Under the pieces are notes generated by a model. It was not told the DNA's origin. It was given only the letters and a program-made list of their open reading frames with translations, and did not search any database. A DNA stretch of 64,000 bases. It comes from Octopus vulgaris (lineage: Eukaryota). Location: NCBI GenBank assembly GCA_951406725.2, contig OX597814.1, positions 96,348,001 through 96,412,000 on the forward strand. The letters are read 5' to 3'. The position numbers and the translations under genes are program-made. Below, one piece after another: positions 1 to 12,299 of this stretch. Within the stretch, counting starts at the first letter, position 1. Every line of letters starts with the position of its first letter.

Positions 1-3000
1 TAAAACTTTTACGTAGTATTTTACGTAGGATATGGGCAGTTCCTATGAGCACTATCCTTTGAATTTCTGCCATTTTTGGGTTTCTTGGTATCTGAGGTAG
101 GTAGCAATCATTCCTAGGGCACCTATGACAACAGGTATTGTTTTTGTCTTGAGGCTCCACATTTTACCAATTTCTATTTCAAGATCTTTATACTTGCTCA
201 GTTTTTGGTAGGTTTTGACAGATACATTTATGGCGATTAGGACAGTCATATCAACGAGGAGGCATGGTTTTTGTCCGAAGTCTTTTAATATTATGTCTGG
301 CCTATTCGTATCTATCTTTCTGTCAGTTTCAATGGCGAAGTTCCAGAGGAGTGGGATGTAATCATTTTCAAGTATCGGAGGTGGTTTGTATTCCCACCAG
401 TTTTAATCATGGGCAGGTCCAGGTTTTTGCAAATTACCCAGTGAATATATTGTACTGCTCTGTCATGCCTGTTGAGATACTGTGTAGGCGCAAGATGACT
501 GCACTTGGAGACAACATGATCGATGGTTTCATTTTGTTGTTGACATACACATGTTGGGCTACTGACGTTCTTTAATATGTTGGCCTTGTAGATCCTTGTA
601 GGTAGGCATTGATCTTGGGCTGCTATGATAAACCCTTCTGTTTCTGATTTTAAGCCAGAAGACACTAACCATTGATTGGTAAGGGCATTGTCAACATCGG
701 CACTATTAGCTCTCATTGGACATTTGCTATTGAGAGGTTTTTCTTGCCATTTGTCAGTAAGCAGCAGTTTTAGCACGGGTTTTCATACGCTTAGCTTTTT
801 CTGTGCTTCTTTCTAGTACGTCTAATTCTGGAATTTGTTGAATTCATTTAGATAATATTTGCTTGTTTTATTACTGAGAATGATTTTTTCTTGTTTTCGT
901 GTTTTAAGGCAAGTTTTAACATCCATTCATCAGAGTTTTTGAGGTAGGTTTCTAGGCCAATTGTGAAAATCTTCATTGTTAATTCCAGTTGTAAAAGTTC
1001 ACGGCCAACTTCTTTTCTTGGCAGGTAAAGTCGCTCTATATCTGCCTTAGGGTTGTGCATTCTGTGCATTGTCAACAACTTTTGTACTTTTCTGTCAAGA
1101 TTTCATATTTCAATAATTGACCAGTTAATGATATTGAAACTGTAAGTCACGACTGGTATGGCTAAAGTATTGATTGCTTCGATCCTGTTTCTTGCATTCA
1201 GCTCTGTCTTGAGTATTGTCCTTACTTTGCGATATCATTCTTTTCTGATCTGTTCCCTCATCACTGAATGTTTGATTCCTTCCCTTTCAAATACCCCTAG
1301 GTATTTGTAGCTCACCGCTGGATCTAATTCCTTTATCACATTCTGCTGGTCAAGATTAACATTGGATGTTTCTGTCATTTTTCCTCTGATAAAGATAGCT
1401 TCTGTATATTTGTCGAGGCCAAATTTCACCCTGCTCTGATCGCTGAATTGTTTAACAATCGCTAGTAAACCCTGTAGTTGTTGGTCAGTTTTTCCAAAGA
1501 GCTTTAAATCATCCGTGTAAATGAGATAATTTATATTTTTATCAAATATTTTATAACCGTACTGAGCAATTTTGAGAGAGGTATGAAGGCTAGATAAAAG
1601 AGACGAGGTGATAGGGAGTCAATCTGGAAAATGCCATATGAAATTTTTACATCTCTCACATTAAGAGATTCATTGTCATTGTTCAAAGTCAGTGTGGTTC
1701 TCCATGATCTCATACTTACAGACAAGAAGTTTCGCAGTGTAGGTGCTATTTTATGAATTTTCAGACATTTCTTAATCTAGCTATGTGGCAGACTATCAAA
1801 GGCATTTTTTAGTCCATCCAGGCTATCGACAAGTTCTTATGTTGCTTGTGACAATTTTCCAAGATGATCTTATTAAAGAGTAGCTGATCTTTACAACCAT
1901 AGGATCCACATTTACATCCTTTTTGCTCATTAGAGAAGATGCCACTTTCTATTAAAAAAAAAAACTATAGGAATTTTCAGTCAAGGCAGATGTTAGCATT
2001 TTATACATTGTTGTTAAGCTGGTTATGGGTCTATAAGTTTTTGGTTCATTTCTTCAATTTGTGGAAGTAGAAATGTAACACCATTAACTAGCCAAGAGAA
2101 AAATCATACTAGGTTGTTATAAAACATTGTTGTAAAGTTTTGTTATCAGTTAATGGCTCTCTGGGAAAGCATTCAACCAGCAGTTAGGAATTTTATCTTT
2201 TCCTGGAGACTTCCATTTGCTTGACTTCCTGAGAGCAGATCTTACATTCTCTTCTTGCTATCCTCCCACTATTCTATCAATCCAAAGGACGTTTTCATTG
2301 TGTGTTTTTTCTTCTGCCCAAATTTTATTCCAAAATTCCCGCACTTCTTCTTTTGATGTAACTGGTATTTTTCATATTTTCCTGTAAAATGTTCTTGGTT
2401 ATTTTTGAACATGTTGTTGTCTTCGCGCATCTCATACCTTGCTATGCGGGCAGCTTTAGCACATACCTTTTGCTTGATGGTTTCTATGGTGGCATCGATG
2501 TCAAATATAGTTTTCATATATTTTTTCTTTAATTTTCGGATTTTTGTCGGTTTCATAGTTTTGTCTAACTTAGGGTTTTTTAAATATTCTATGCTAGAGC
2601 TAAGTAGCTGAACTTGGTGTTGAATATGCTCTTGCCAAGTAGGCCTTTTGTGGGAATGTTGTCGTTTTCTAACCTCTACACCATATAGAATCGTTGAGAT
2701 TTTCGCCGATGCATAGTACTGGTGGTTGAGATCAGTAATATAAATATCATTAGCTGAAATTATATCCTTAAGTCCAAGACTGATTTTACCAATTATTTTC
2801 CGGTTTTAGTTAGATTTGCAAATTTTTGAGAGAGTGTCATATTCATTCATACTGGTTTCTTTAATTTTCAGCCATTCATTCATGATTTGATTTTTAGATC
2901 ATCTGCTTCAGTTGGATCAATTCCTGTGTGACTTTTTTCATCTATTTGATTTTCTCCTGCCTTGGTGTTTATGGTTGGTTCAGAGAATATTTCATTTTGC

Positions 3001-4277
3001 TTATCAGTTCCATTAACTCATTCAATCATTATTGTATTTTCATCAGCCCTGGGCTGGTCTATAATTATTTCCTCTGTAGTGTCTTCTTTAGCTGCAACTT
3101 CGTTCCTTTTATCCCTTACTGATTGTTTAATTTGGTCAATCTCTAATTCAGTTATTAAATTCTTTTTCATAATGTTTCCACTGACGGCAAGTTTGTTACT
3201 GTCTATGTAGGGTCTTACTTCAAGGTGTTTCTCCCTCCAGTTTAAGTAGGTTTGTTCAGTATTAGACTTATTTGTGGGAAAATATATGGCATGATGGAAG
3301 GTATGAACTTTTTATTATCTCCCCTAGATCATTTTTCATTCTTTATCTTGTGGTTGTTTGATGACGAGCATAGATGACCATCTTTTGGAATATTACGGTT
3401 GTGGGTTATTTCCAGCTCCTGTGTTTCGGCAAGATTTGAACCAGTAGCTGATTTTTTCGCGTTGAATCTGGTTCATTATTCAACTATGCGATGCGGGTGA
3501 CAACAACTACGTGTTCCGGGTGACAACAAATTCGGTTTGTATTTTGCTTTGTTATCATTGAGGTGTGACGAGCTTGGACGTTGACATTAGGGGACGGATC
3601 TGTCTGTTTAGGGCTAATTTTTTGAGACAGCACCGCCTTTGAGTTCTCTGCACGTAAATGTTGCTCGTAACGTAGCTTTCTTAAGGCTAACAGATCTGTT
3701 TTCGTCTGTATTTTTTTGTTGATAGATTTATCTCTGGGCATATTTTTTTGTGGTGTTTTTAAACTTATGAATTGTTCACTCTGTCTGTGTTAGTTTGAAA
3801 AATAAAAAAAAGTTATTTTTTGTTTTTGCTTCGTTTCTGACACGTGTTTTTATATGCGTGTATGTGTGTCCTGTAAATTTCCCGTAGTTGTGTAAACATT
3901 GGAATGTATGTGGAGTCCTATAGGTGTTAAAATGTGTATATGATTGTGTAGACATTCGAGTGTATTCGTAATTACTCAATTTATGTACTTAATGTTTTGC
4001 TCCTTTATATTTCATACTTTGTAAACATTCCCGTGTTGATTTCGTGTGTGTGTTTTGCACAAGTTTCACTGAGACATCGTGCATAGGAGAAGCTGTGCTT
4101 TGTATGGGAGTAAATTTCGTTTTTGTGATTACTTTCGTTAAAAGACTGCTTCCTTCAAGTCTCCTACAGGTTCCTTTATCCCATTCCACCGGTGTTATTA
4201 AATTAGATTTGCTTTTGAATGAAGAGCCCGGTGTAGCACATCCACGTTGTTATTCAGCGCGGAGCTCTCCTTCTGTT

Positions 4278-4280
<3 letters not shown>
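1..4280 (-). mobile_element. Dong/R4-clade RLE non-LTR retrotransposon, family A, degraded, 3' end runs off window
   Basis: Collinear minus-strand fragments: RT (YGIFQIDSLSP, YTDDLKLF, MKFGLDK..YKYLG), MHNPKADIERLYLPRK, ETEGFIIAAQDQ, CCHC knuckle plus RHD (ETIDHVVSKC..NRHD), RLE end KLSKYKDLEIEI..IPVVIGALG; 5' side abuts (TTA)n at 4281. Confidence 0.9.
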
Positions 4281-4359
<79 letters not shown>

Positions 4360-4403
4360 CATTATTATTATTATTATTATTGTTATTATTATTATTATTA
4401 TTA
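4281..4403. repeat. (TTA)n microsatellite
   Basis: Direct reading. Confidence 0.98.
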
Positions 4404-4606
4404 TAGCACGCTGGCAGAATTGTTAGCGTGTCGGACAAAATATTTAGCTTTCTCTTTATGTTCTGAGCTCTAATCTTACCGAGGTCAACTTTGCCTTTCA
4501 TCATTTCCGGATTGATATAATAAAGTACCAGTCAAATAATTGGGTCGATATATTTGACTAACATCTGCCACTAAACTAGTTGGCCTTTTGCTAAAATTTG
4601 AAACCT
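4404..4606 (+). mobile_element. Degraded Meta-domain SINE
   Basis: gctggcagaattgttagc head and gaggtcaactttgcctttcatc...aagtaccag, matching the copy at 8897. Confidence 0.75.
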
Positions 4607-4714
4607 TTGTTTTTATGCTCGTACATGCTAATTTGCTTGGTAGGTTTGGTGTTAACACTTCCAATGAGTTAAGATTAGAAGCCATGAGAGCCACTGCCTG
4701 GTACAACATCAGGG

Positions 4715-4716
<2 letters not shown>
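4607..4716. mobile_element. Terminal fragment of the unclassified ~545-bp TTA-associated repeat
   Basis: aacacttccaatgagttaagattagaagccatgagagccactgcctggtacaacatcagggca matches 30121-30185. Confidence 0.75.
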
Positions 4717-4792
<76 letters not shown>

Positions 4793-4843
4793 CATCATTA
4801 TTATTATTATCATCATCATCATCATCATCATCATCCTCATCAT
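4717..4843. repeat. (TTA)n/(TCA)n microsatellite
   Basis: Direct reading. Confidence 0.97.
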
Positions 4844-5131
4844 GATTTAGTGAGAGAGCACCGCATGCCATCAAGGTGATACTAGAGTACAAATATACGA
4901 AGCCCAATATAGACATCTTGACCTCACGTCTGATACGCCAGGCACATGCATCACAACCATATGAGCTCGACATGGTGATCTCATATCAAGATAAATAGCA
5001 CATGACTTTGTAGATGGGGCCCAGTTAGAGATTTCTACGGCTTGAGTAGCTCATCCCGCTCAAACTTTTCCTGAATAAGGGTTGTTTAAGGATGATGAAC
5101 GAAACACTCATGTTTCCAGAGGTGAATTATT
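4844..5131. mobile_element. Partial copy of the unclassified TTA-associated repeat
   Basis: agtgagagagcaccgcatgccatcaa...ggtgaattatt aligns by eye to 6925-7215 and 29641-29925. Confidence 0.8.
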
Positions 5132-5629
5132 CCGTGTGCAGACAATTCGCCGACAGACAATTCGCCAATTGGACGATTGGCTGATTGGACAATAAGCCGA
5201 CATGCAGAAGTCTATCATATATCGACGTATTGTACGTAATTGGTAATAGAACAGGCCATATCAGGGGGTTGAAGTGGCAAGGAAGAGCAAAAAGTACATT
5301 CGCCTTAAGGAAAGACTTAAAACCGTTGTTCTTAATTACGACGATGAAGCTGGGTTGGAATTTTTAAGGGCATGTGCCCATAATTGTATGTGTTATCTTT
5401 ATTTCTATTTGTAAGACTAACAAACCTTTTTGAGCTTTTTTCATATGTCAACCTTTTTTGTACGTAATATCTTTTATAAATAAATTGTTTTTATTTGTAA
5501 GTCTACCATGCTATCCATTCTTTTCAATTATCTAATACTTTCCTGATTATTCTGGTCGTGTCAAGGAGGCAAACATTTTGTAACAGTTCTACTAGGCACT
5601 CTATTCCAATTTCCTTTATATCCCCCTTG

Positions 5630-6132
5630 ATGCCTTAGTTTCCACATTAGCGGAAGGCATGTTATTGGTCTAAAGTTGGATGCAATATTTCCCTTTTCAG
5701 GATCCTTGGCACAAAACAATGTATTTCCCTTTGTCATCCAGCTGGGTACTGCAAGCACTCATCTAGCTCTTACGCTATCCTTTCATGGAGCCCTCTCAGC
5801 TTCTTCATCCAATAACCTTGGATCCCATCCGGTTCTGGGCTCTCCAATTTGGGAATTTTTTTATCATTTCTTTAGTTATTTTTATGTCTTCTTGTCCCTT
5901 TCTTAACTTATCTTGGATTTCATGCAGCCACTCCGCTTCATCATTATGCTCTACAGGTTGGTCCCAGATCCCTCTCTAGAATGCTCTGCTTTCTTCTGCT
6001 TCTGGTATTATTGTTACATGTAGTTACCCATCTAGTTCCTCAAACAGTTTCTTCTGATTTGCTTCAAACAATCTATTTTGCCTGAATTGTTTTGTTATAT
6101 TGTCATATCTTTCTAGTTTTGCTTTGATTGTC
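5630..6132 (-). mobile_element. Dong/R4-like family B fragment (pre-RT and RT start)
   Basis: [38 protein letters not shown]; upstream QNRLFEANQK and GIQGYWMKKL motifs; flanked by TTA tract. Confidence 0.8.
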
Positions 6133-6199
<67 letters not shown>

Positions 6200-6216
6200 G
6201 TTGTTGTTGTTGTTGT
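6133..6216. repeat. (TTA)n/(TTG)n microsatellite
   Basis: Direct reading. Confidence 0.95.
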
Positions 6217-6853
6217 TTTTGCTGTTGTTATGTTTTCTTTGCTCAACTTCTAACGCTGGAAATGTATTAGTGTTAGCCGTCCACTTACTAGTGAACTGAG
6301 ATAACACCTCTTATTTTCCAAGTACCCTCCGGAGTATTCGAGCTGTTCCAGCAAGTACTATTCTCTATACGTGCTCCATACGTATGCAACCACTATTTAT
6401 TCAATGTACATTTAAAGATCTTTACTTACTGTTCTTAAGGCTCCGCTCTATTACTTGTATTACTACAATCTTTTTTTAGTAACCACAACTGTTTAACATC
6501 GCAATCTAACATGTCATAGCTATGGACTTCTCTTGCTTCTTCATTGCATACCTTGTGGTCAACAGGATATGCTATATCTACGATCCAGTACTGCTGGCTT
6601 TCTTTCTCAATTATCACTATATCGATTTCTTATTCTCTATCTCATGGTCACACCGAATCATAAAGTCCCACAGGATCTTTGCACTATCATTTTCAATAAT
6701 GCCTTTATATTCGTACCACTTTTCTGCTGTCTCAAATTTATACTTGTTGCAAAGTACCCAATGTAATATACTTGCTATGTTGTCATGCTGCCTCTTATAA
6801 TGTTTCTGTGCTAGTTAGTTGCATTGACTGGTAATATGCCATACAGTTTCTCC

Positions 6854-6854
<1 letters not shown>
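6217..6854 (-). mobile_element. Dong/R4-like 5'-truncated copy (CCHC end, RLE endonuclease, 3' UTR)
   Basis: GETVWHITSQC, QHDNIASILHWVLC, KILWDF, WIVDIAYP, GTARILRRVL; TAA tracts on both sides. Confidence 0.82.

Positions 6855-6924
<70 letters not shown>
6855..6924. repeat. (TTA)n microsatellite
   Basis: Direct reading. Confidence 0.97.
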
Positions 6925-6925
<1 letters not shown>

Positions 6926-7450
6926 GAGTGAGAGAGCAGTGCATGCCATCAAAGTGACACTGGAGTAAAATATACGAAGCCCAGTATACCCACCATGACT
7001 ACCCGTCTGATAAGGGTACACCGGGCACATGCATCACAACCATATGTGCGCGTCATGGTGATCTCATATCAAGATAAACAGCGCATGACCTTGCAGGTGG
7101 GGGCCAGTTAAAATTTTCTTCTGGTCAAGTAGCTATCCCGCTCAAATTGTCCCTGAATAAGGATTGTTTAAGGATGTTGAACGAACCACCCATGTTTCCA
7201 AAGGTGAATTATCCAAACCTCTAAGAATTCCTTTCAACACACGGCTATGATGCTCCCCCACTACGTCTGCTTGTGATCAGAGATGCACATATCGTCAGCC
7301 ACTAAGGGACATGGTCAACTGGTTAAGCTCAAACAATTGACAAGCAAATCTGTGGTATTGAGCAGAATATTTGCTGTAGCCCATCTTTTATACCAAGGCA
7401 AAACAATGTGCATAATAACACTTCCAATCAGGTACATGATGACACTCCCA
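6925..7450. mobile_element. Near-complete copy of the unclassified TTA-associated repeat
   Basis: Collinear with 29641-30185; (TTA)n on both sides. Confidence 0.85.
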
Positions 7451-7498
<48 letters not shown>

Positions 7499-7500
7499 AT

Positions 7501-8250
7501 AGGTTTGTCCTGCAGGATGGGCCTATGCCCATATCCTTCGCAGGCCCTCAAAGACCTGTGATATTGATGCGATTGACATTCCTCTTAAATAGTTGCAAGT
7601 CAAGATTACGGCTGCAGGGGAAAATGCCTGTATAGGGTGTGAATTAGAGAGGGTCCACAGAATGGGATGGAAGTGTAGGGCGTAGTTGTAAATAAGGAAC
7701 CCGAGTGTTGTGGATGAAATATAGACGACAGTAAGAAAGGAGACGTGTGACTCAGTTGTACTTGACTGGAAGTGGCCTGTGAGCACCAGGTCATAGGAGC
7801 AGAAGTCACTACAATTTCAGAACTCGAAAGAAGAGACAATATGTCTGCGGGCTATAGATTGGTGTGTGTTCGTGAGCAGCTCTACTCCAAGCAGTCGATT
7901 AGCGTTTTTCTACATAGTCTAGCCATTTTTGTGTGTAGCAGAATCACCATTCCAAATGTGGAAGCAATTCACGATTTCGGGTATCATCTGATCTGTGTCT
8001 CATTGGTTGTATGTGCGAGAGGGAAGTAATGACAACATATAATGTGAACCAAAAATGAGAAAAGGCCTTTGCGACGGCCTACTGTGAGGCAAGTCACTAA
8101 CCGCAATTAAGATCTCCGGTGAGATTCGAAATCTAAACTTATTTACAACGAAAATGGCGAATGTTCTAGAACCTTCTGCTTGCATTTCGGCAGAAAAAAA
8201 AAAGAAACGCTTGTAGGGCTTTTGATATTAACCGGCATTTGATCACGGCC
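7501..8250 (-). mobile_element. Decayed CR1-like LINE 3' fragment
   Basis: Frame-broken remnants (NCFHIWNG, QSIARRHIVSS, LQLFKRNVNRI) resembling the CR1-type RT C-terminus; ends in TAA tract at 7452-7500. Confidence 0.5.
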
Positions 8251-8896
8251 ACCACAAGAGGTAATTAGATGTGATGTTTGTCCGTAGGAGTATTACTTAT
8301 CTATAGTATTACTTATCTGCGTTGGCGGTTTAGAGCCTGCTATAATCGCTAAATATAGTAATGGTGGCTAAGCCACTGATCTAAATTTAGACTGAGATGC
8401 TGTGAAATCGATTTTAAAGAGAGATATACTGTATGTGTCTCCACGCAGTGTGTTTGTTGTAAGACAAAACGAACGAAACCAATGGCTGACGAAACTGTGC
8501 GTCTGTTCATGTTATGTCTGTTGTGCACGTGACAAAATTATATAACAAAGCAAATGAAACCAACTGAAATTCCAGTTCAAAAACTGTTCAAAGTTTGAAA
8601 AATGTTTTTGATTAATAATGATTAATAAAGAGTATAGAACAAGTGAAACGTATGTATATATAAATATATTATAAAAAAACAACACATAAATTTTGTGAAA
8701 TTCAGCTTCTCATGGTTTCTTAGCCGAAGTGTTCAATTTATTTCGTCATTTATCAAGTTGGTGAACAAAAGGGTTTGATGTAATCGACGCTTGAATGAGA
8801 ATGGGTATCTTAAAGGAAACAAAGAGCATTCAAAGGGAGATAATTAACTGCCCAGAAAACGGGCTGTCAATTCGTTAATATGTGTGAATATTTTAG

Positions 8897-9293
8897 GGCG
8901 GCAAGCTGGCAGAAACGTTAGCACGCCGGGCGAAATGCTTAGCGGTATTTCGTCTGCCGCTACGTTCTGAGTTCAAATTCCATCGAGGTTGACTTTGCCT
9001 TTCATCCTTTTGGGTTCGATTAAATAAGTACCAGTTACGCACTGGGGTCGATATAATCGACTTAATCCGTGTCTCTGTCCTTGTTTGTCCTCTGTGTTTA
9101 ACCCCTTGTGGGTAGTAAAGAAATAGGTATTTCGTCTGTCTTTACGTTCTGAGTTCAAATTCCGCCGAGGTCGACTTTGCTTTTCATCTTTTCGGGGTCG
9201 ATAAATTTAAGTACCAGTTGCGTACTGGGGTCGACCTAATCGACTGGTCCCTTCCCCCAAAATTTCAGGCCTTGTGCCTAGAGTAGAAAAGAA
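8897..9293 (+). mobile_element. tRNA-derived Meta-domain SINE, dimeric, with target site duplication
   Basis: A/B-box-like head (agctggcagaa, gagttcaaattcc), Meta-type core gactttgcctttcatcctttcggggtcgataaa twice; TSD atatgtgtgaatattt at about 8878 and 9294. Confidence 0.85.
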
Positions 9294-10053
9294 TATGTGT
9301 GAATATTTATGAAACAATGGTTGCAATGTCTCTGGTCAAAGTATCCACTTGTGATATAGAAAACGACAAATGGAAAATGATATAGAAAATGACAAATGGA
9401 AAATGTTACAGAAAACGATAAATCGGTAGAGATGCATCTATCTGTCGTTGTAAAATTTGTAGTATGTGAAGCAGAAACGCCATTGGTAGACAATGTGGCA
9501 GGATATGCTGAGTTAAGTCAAAAAATGCTGCATCTACTTCAAAAACATGGTTATACAAGATCCAAAAGAATGTTGAATTGGAATTGCAAGCAAAAATGCT
9601 AACATGGTGAAAATCTCAGATTGCTGCTCAACATATTCTGCCAATTAATAGTACGATGATAGAAAAGTATTTTCAATAGTTTGTTGTACGTATGAAGATA
9701 AGATGCTTATTAGAGATGAAGACAAATATGGCGACGTGTGTCTGTCTGATGATAACAAAATTGGAGTCTTGCAACTACATTGGGTGGAAAACAATAACTT
9801 CATAGCACTTTTAGCATTATTTCATGCTGGTGTCAATCAAATAGCAGAGTGTCTGTGAAGCGCAGAGAGATATGCTTGTTGTAGGAACTAGGAGAAATAT
9901 TCAGTTAAGCACGTGTCTCAAAGTGAGACTAAGCTGGGCGAAAAGTTCCGTTTGAACGAGAAATATTCGTTTGATGAATCATCGAAAGAAAATAACAGAA
10001 GCAAATGTTTCTCACGGTCAAAGCGCTTATGTTTCTTTGCCTCATTTTCAAAC

Positions 10054-10078
10054 CCCTCTCTCTCTCTCTCTCTCTCAC

Positions 10079-10137
<59 letters not shown>
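10054..10137. repeat. (CT)n-(TA)n microsatellite
   Basis: Direct reading. Confidence 0.95.
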
Positions 10138-10140
<3 letters not shown>

Positions 10141-10167
10141 GATGTGCACTCACACACACATACAGAT

Positions 10168-10490
10168 GTGCAGGCATGACTGTGTGGTTAAGAAACTCGC
10201 TTCCCAATTACATGGTCCCGGGCTCAGTCTCAGTTTCGGACATATTGGGCAAGTGTCTTCAGCTATAGCACCGGGCCGACCGAAGCCTTTTGAGTAGATT
10301 TAGTAGACGGAAACTAAAATAGGCGTGGTTGTGTAGTATGAAGTTTGTTTCCCAACCACATGTTTCTAGGTTCAATTCCACTGCGTGGCACCTTGCGTAA
10401 TTTACTTCTACCCTAGCCTCGAACCTACCAAAGCTTTGTGACTGGGTTTGGTATGCGAAAACTGAAAGAAGCCCGTTATCTCTCTCTCTC

Positions 10491-10565
<75 letters not shown>

Positions 10566-10762
10566 TGGTGGTTGTATGTTTACGTCCTCGTAATTAAGTA
10601 GATCAGCAAAAGAGACCGATAGATTAAGTACCAGGCTCTACACACACACACACACACAAAATAAGTACCAGGATCGCTTCAATCGACTGACTAAAAACTC
10701 TTCAAAAGCGGTGCCCAAGCATGGCGACAGCCTAATGATTGAAATAAGTAAAAAATAAAAGA
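10168..10762 (+). mobile_element. Two tandem tRNA-derived CORE-type SINE copies (octopus OR-like), second split by (CT)/(TA)
   Basis: tgtgtggttaagaa head, ggttcaattcc B box, ttgggcaagtgtcttc CORE-like motif, tail matches 20110-20280. Confidence 0.75.
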
Positions 10763-10794
10763 CATGTGTGTGTATGTGTGTGTGTGCGTTATGC

Positions 10795-10833
<39 letters not shown>

Positions 10834-11060
10834 CGTGTGTGTGCTCGTACCTGTAGTCTTGTGGGCAAGATCAAAGTGTAAACACCACTAAAATCAGGAA
10901 GTGGAATGGAGGATGAAATGCTGAAAGTAAAACTTGGATTTCGTTTGACAGAATGTGTTCTTTAATTGAGAGTCAAACTATTTCATATATTTGTGAACAT
11001 TCACATTTATATTCATATTTTGGGCATACATACATACAGACACACACACACAAACGTATA

Positions 11061-12281
11061 TATTAGAAAGTAATTTGTTTTTTTTTAGTGTGAAATAAAA
11101 GTAATTTTTTTTCATACGAAGAATGAATTTTAATCAATTATATATTTTCCATTTTGTTCGGTGGCCTTTTGCCATCTTTCTGGCAACTTCATGATTCCGC
11201 GCTCATAGAACTTCTGGTCCTTATCAGCCCAAAACTGAAGCAAGTGCGATTTCAAGTCATCATCATCATCAAAAATTTTACCATTCAAAGAAATTGCAAA
11301 CTTCGAAATAAATGACTATACGGTGGATTTGACATCACTTCTCAACCAAGCTCCATTTTTCACGAGTTAGCAAAGACGTGTGTGGTCTATCGTTGTCATG
11401 GTGGAACATGATTCCTTTACGATTTGCCAATTCTGGCTGTTTTTCTTTGATTGCTTCCTCTAGTTTATTTAGTTGTTGACAGTAAGACTGTATTGATCCT
11501 TTGGTTCTTTGGAAGCAGGACAAAATATGCAACACCTTTGTAATCCAACCAAATTGACAGCATGACCTTTTTTGATGCAATTCAGTTTTCGATGTGGTTT
11601 GTGCTGGTTCATTGGCTTGGATCATGATAGTTTTCGATTGATGTTATTGTAGACAATCCATTTTTCATCACCAGTGATGATACGTTTTTTTTTTTAAAAA
11701 AGGTCAATTTCATTGCGTTTGAAATGCATATCGCAAATATTGATTCGTTGTGTTAAGCGAATCTCTTTCAACTCATGTGGAACCCAAATATCGAGCTTCT
11801 TAACACGCCCAGGACATTTTAAGTAATTTTCAATTGTGTGTGATACATTTAACCTCTCTACAATCTCTCGCACAGTTATATGACAATCAGATTCAGTTAT
11901 GGCTTTGATTCGGTCATCATCAGTTTCAGTAGGTCGACCAGAACGCTGGTCATCTTTAAGTGAAAAATCTCTAGAACGGAATTTTTAAAAACCATTTCTA
12001 ACATATGCGTTTCTGTTAAGCAATCAACACTATAAACTTCACATATCTCTTTGTGAGCCTCAGCAGCTTTCTTGCCTTGACGAAATAAAAAGGCTAACTA
12101 TGTTCGTTTTTGCACTCCATGTTGAAATTGACACGGAACTAACAGTTATAAACAAAATTACGCTCAATTTACTTCTAAAGTAAACTAAAAGTAACGGCTA
12201 TCAATTGTCAAAAGTCATTAAAAAAAATCGTAACTCTATCTTTTTGCGAAAAACGAACTTACTTTCTTGCCAACCCACTAT
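11061..12281 (-). mobile_element. Degraded mariner transposon
   Basis: YCQQLNKLEEAIKEKQPELANRKGIMFHHDNDRPH, WVPHEL and ITGDEKWI remnants; right TIR aaaacgaacttactttcttgccaacccacta, left TIR partly lost. Confidence 0.85.
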
Positions 12282-12299
12282 ATGGGGGGATTGCTCGCT

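Noticed and set aside
4220-4275. HDV-like ribozyme at the Dong 5' end
   Set aside because: A 9-bp stem (ggagagctc/gggctcttc on the minus strand) exists but I could not assemble P1.1, P2 and P3
8897-8990. tRNA gene (also other SINE heads)
   Set aside because: A/B-box-like motifs continue into SINE bodies; no cloverleaf evident
9396-9602. Host exon or gene
   Set aside because: No recognisable domain or convincing splice context; could be decayed transposon sequence
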